From IMG/VR virus record IMGVR_UViG_3300038443_000660, positions 194,082 to 242,456 of that record: a stretch of 48,375 nucleotides of DNA; one strand, written 5' to 3'. The notes below the pieces were generated by a model. That model did not search any database, was not told where the DNA came from, and saw only the letters and a list, made by a program, of their open reading frames with translations. Source of the DNA: a virus (lineage: Duplodnaviria; Heunggongvirae; Uroviricota; Caudoviricetes). This document shows, one piece after another, positions 47,204 through 48,375 of the stretch (position 1 is its first letter; each line of letters opens with the position of its first letter). A program made the translations under genes and the position numbers.

Positions 47204-47960
47204 GTACTTTTCTCACTGTGAAGCCTTTAGAACAATTTCTAGTTATTAATGATGTATACGGTAAATTAAATTCTGAACAAAATAACTTTAGATTTTTTAT
47301 TTCCAATTCTTCTCCGGTTGGAAATGTTATTACCCATGTTTTTGCATGGGCCATTCGTATTTCGTTAGTTTTCTTTGCTAAACTTTGTTTCTTTTTGGTT
47401 TCTTCTGAATGCCGTCGCCCAAAAAATGGGTTTTTGTCACCATTATATCTATTTAACATCTTCTCGCTAACTAATTTCTTTTGTTGTTCACTCCATTTAT
47501 TACCGTAATTTGGGTTACTTTTGCCTTGAGTGTTATCAGACATTTTTTTCTTCGTCTCATCTGAGAATTTCTTCCCGTACCAATATGCATTAGAACCAGA
47601 AACAGAAGAAGCATACTGTTTTCTAAAAAAATCAAATGAATTTGACGTATGTCGATCCACAAGATGTTTGTTTTTACGCATTAATAAAAAAGCCCAATAC
47701 ATATCACGTTTGCGTTTTCCTTCACACATTTTCAATAATAGAAGATGACAAATGTAATGTTCTTTTGCAGTTAGCAATACAGTGTTGCTTTTTTTATTGG
47801 AGCCGCCAAATGATTTTGATTTTGGAATTACGTGATGCAATTCGTAATAATTACCGTCTTTTTTACTTCTATTAGCTGATTGTGCCTTATTAACTACGTT
47901 ATAATACCATTTGGCGTATTTGTTTACGAAAAATAAATTTTCATCTATTTTAAATGCCAT
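47186..47960. repeat. Exact 18-bp direct repeat flanking the HNH gene
   Basis: atctattttaaatgccat at 47186-47203 and 47943-47960. Confidence 0.9.
47193..47960 (-). mobile_element. Free-standing HNH (Mob-like) homing endonuclease with NUMOD3 repeats
   Basis: YELHHVIPKS..GGSN...N.VLLTAKEHYICHLLL; GKKFSDETKKKMS; NPFFGRRHSEETKKK. Confidence 0.9.
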
Positions 47961-48043
47961 CTTGACTTCCTATACAATGTGTACTATTATTTATGTGTGT
48001 CTGAAAGGACTTGGTGATTGTATTATTTATGAGGGTTAACATT

Positions 48044-48375
48044 ATGGTCAAGATTTTCAGTTTTGTGATGATTGCGTTATTTTCGATGATTGGATACGCA
48101 AATGCCTTTTCACTGAACAAAGCACAGGAACTATCAATCTTCCGTGTAGATCAGGTAATCTATCTGTCTACGCTTAACGATTTCTGTCATTTTGTCGATA
48201 ATTCCGAAATCGTAGTGCTTGATAGCATGACACGAGATTGGATGCAAAGTGTCGGTGTAACCAAAGATGTTTGGGATTGGTATCATTCCAATACTGAAAC
48301 TGGCAAAAAGAGTGTGTTTTACAATGTTGATACTATGCGGGCGCTGATTGAGGAAAAGACTGCCGGTCGCATTAA
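48044..48375 (+). CDS. Hypothetical exported protein, truncated at the right edge
   Basis: GAGGG RBS; signal-peptide-like MVKIFSFVMIALFSMIGYANA; frame stays open to the window end. Confidence 0.6.
   Translation, partial: MVKIFSFVMIALFSMIGYANAFSLNKAQELSIFRVDQVIYLSTLNDFCHFVDNSEIVVLDSMTRDWMQSVGVTKDVWDWYHSNTETGKKSVFYNVDTMRALIEEKTAGRI

Noticed and set aside
1-48375. Stop-codon reassignment, or inteins/introns in core genes
   Set aside because: Core genes are full-length and uninterrupted in the standard code; the in-frame stops I noticed are confined to the GIY-YIG relic

Overview
This window is a 48.4-kb segment of an AT-rich, T4-like myophage genome. The minus strand carries the morphogenesis genes: gp22 (partial), gp21, core/internal proteins, gp20, gp19, gp18, gp16, gp15, gp14, a 2210-aa repeat fibre locus, gp13, a VrlC-like protein, gp8, gp7, gp6, gp25 and PAAR. 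Plus-strand islands of early genes, a gp33-gp59-gp32 block and several homing endonucleases interrupt them. The host is probably an alphaproteobacterium, because the phage encodes a circularly permuted two-piece tmRNA with an ANDN...RLAA tag. The most unusual content is non-coding RNA. (1) An RNA island at about 10.2-10.8 kb holds a Cas-less type I-C CRISPR mini-array (2 repeats, one GC-rich spacer, a possible second spacer), an unexplained 103-nt structured element with a 15-bp closing stem, and the permuted tmRNA. (2) A tRNA gene at 26674-26894 has a 145-nt insertion in its anticodon loop and lies next to a cyclic-phosphate-processing receiver-domain gene. (3) A non-canonical tRNA-like element lies at 46517-46602. 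All calls come from reading the sequence and recalling motifs; no searches or folding programs were run.
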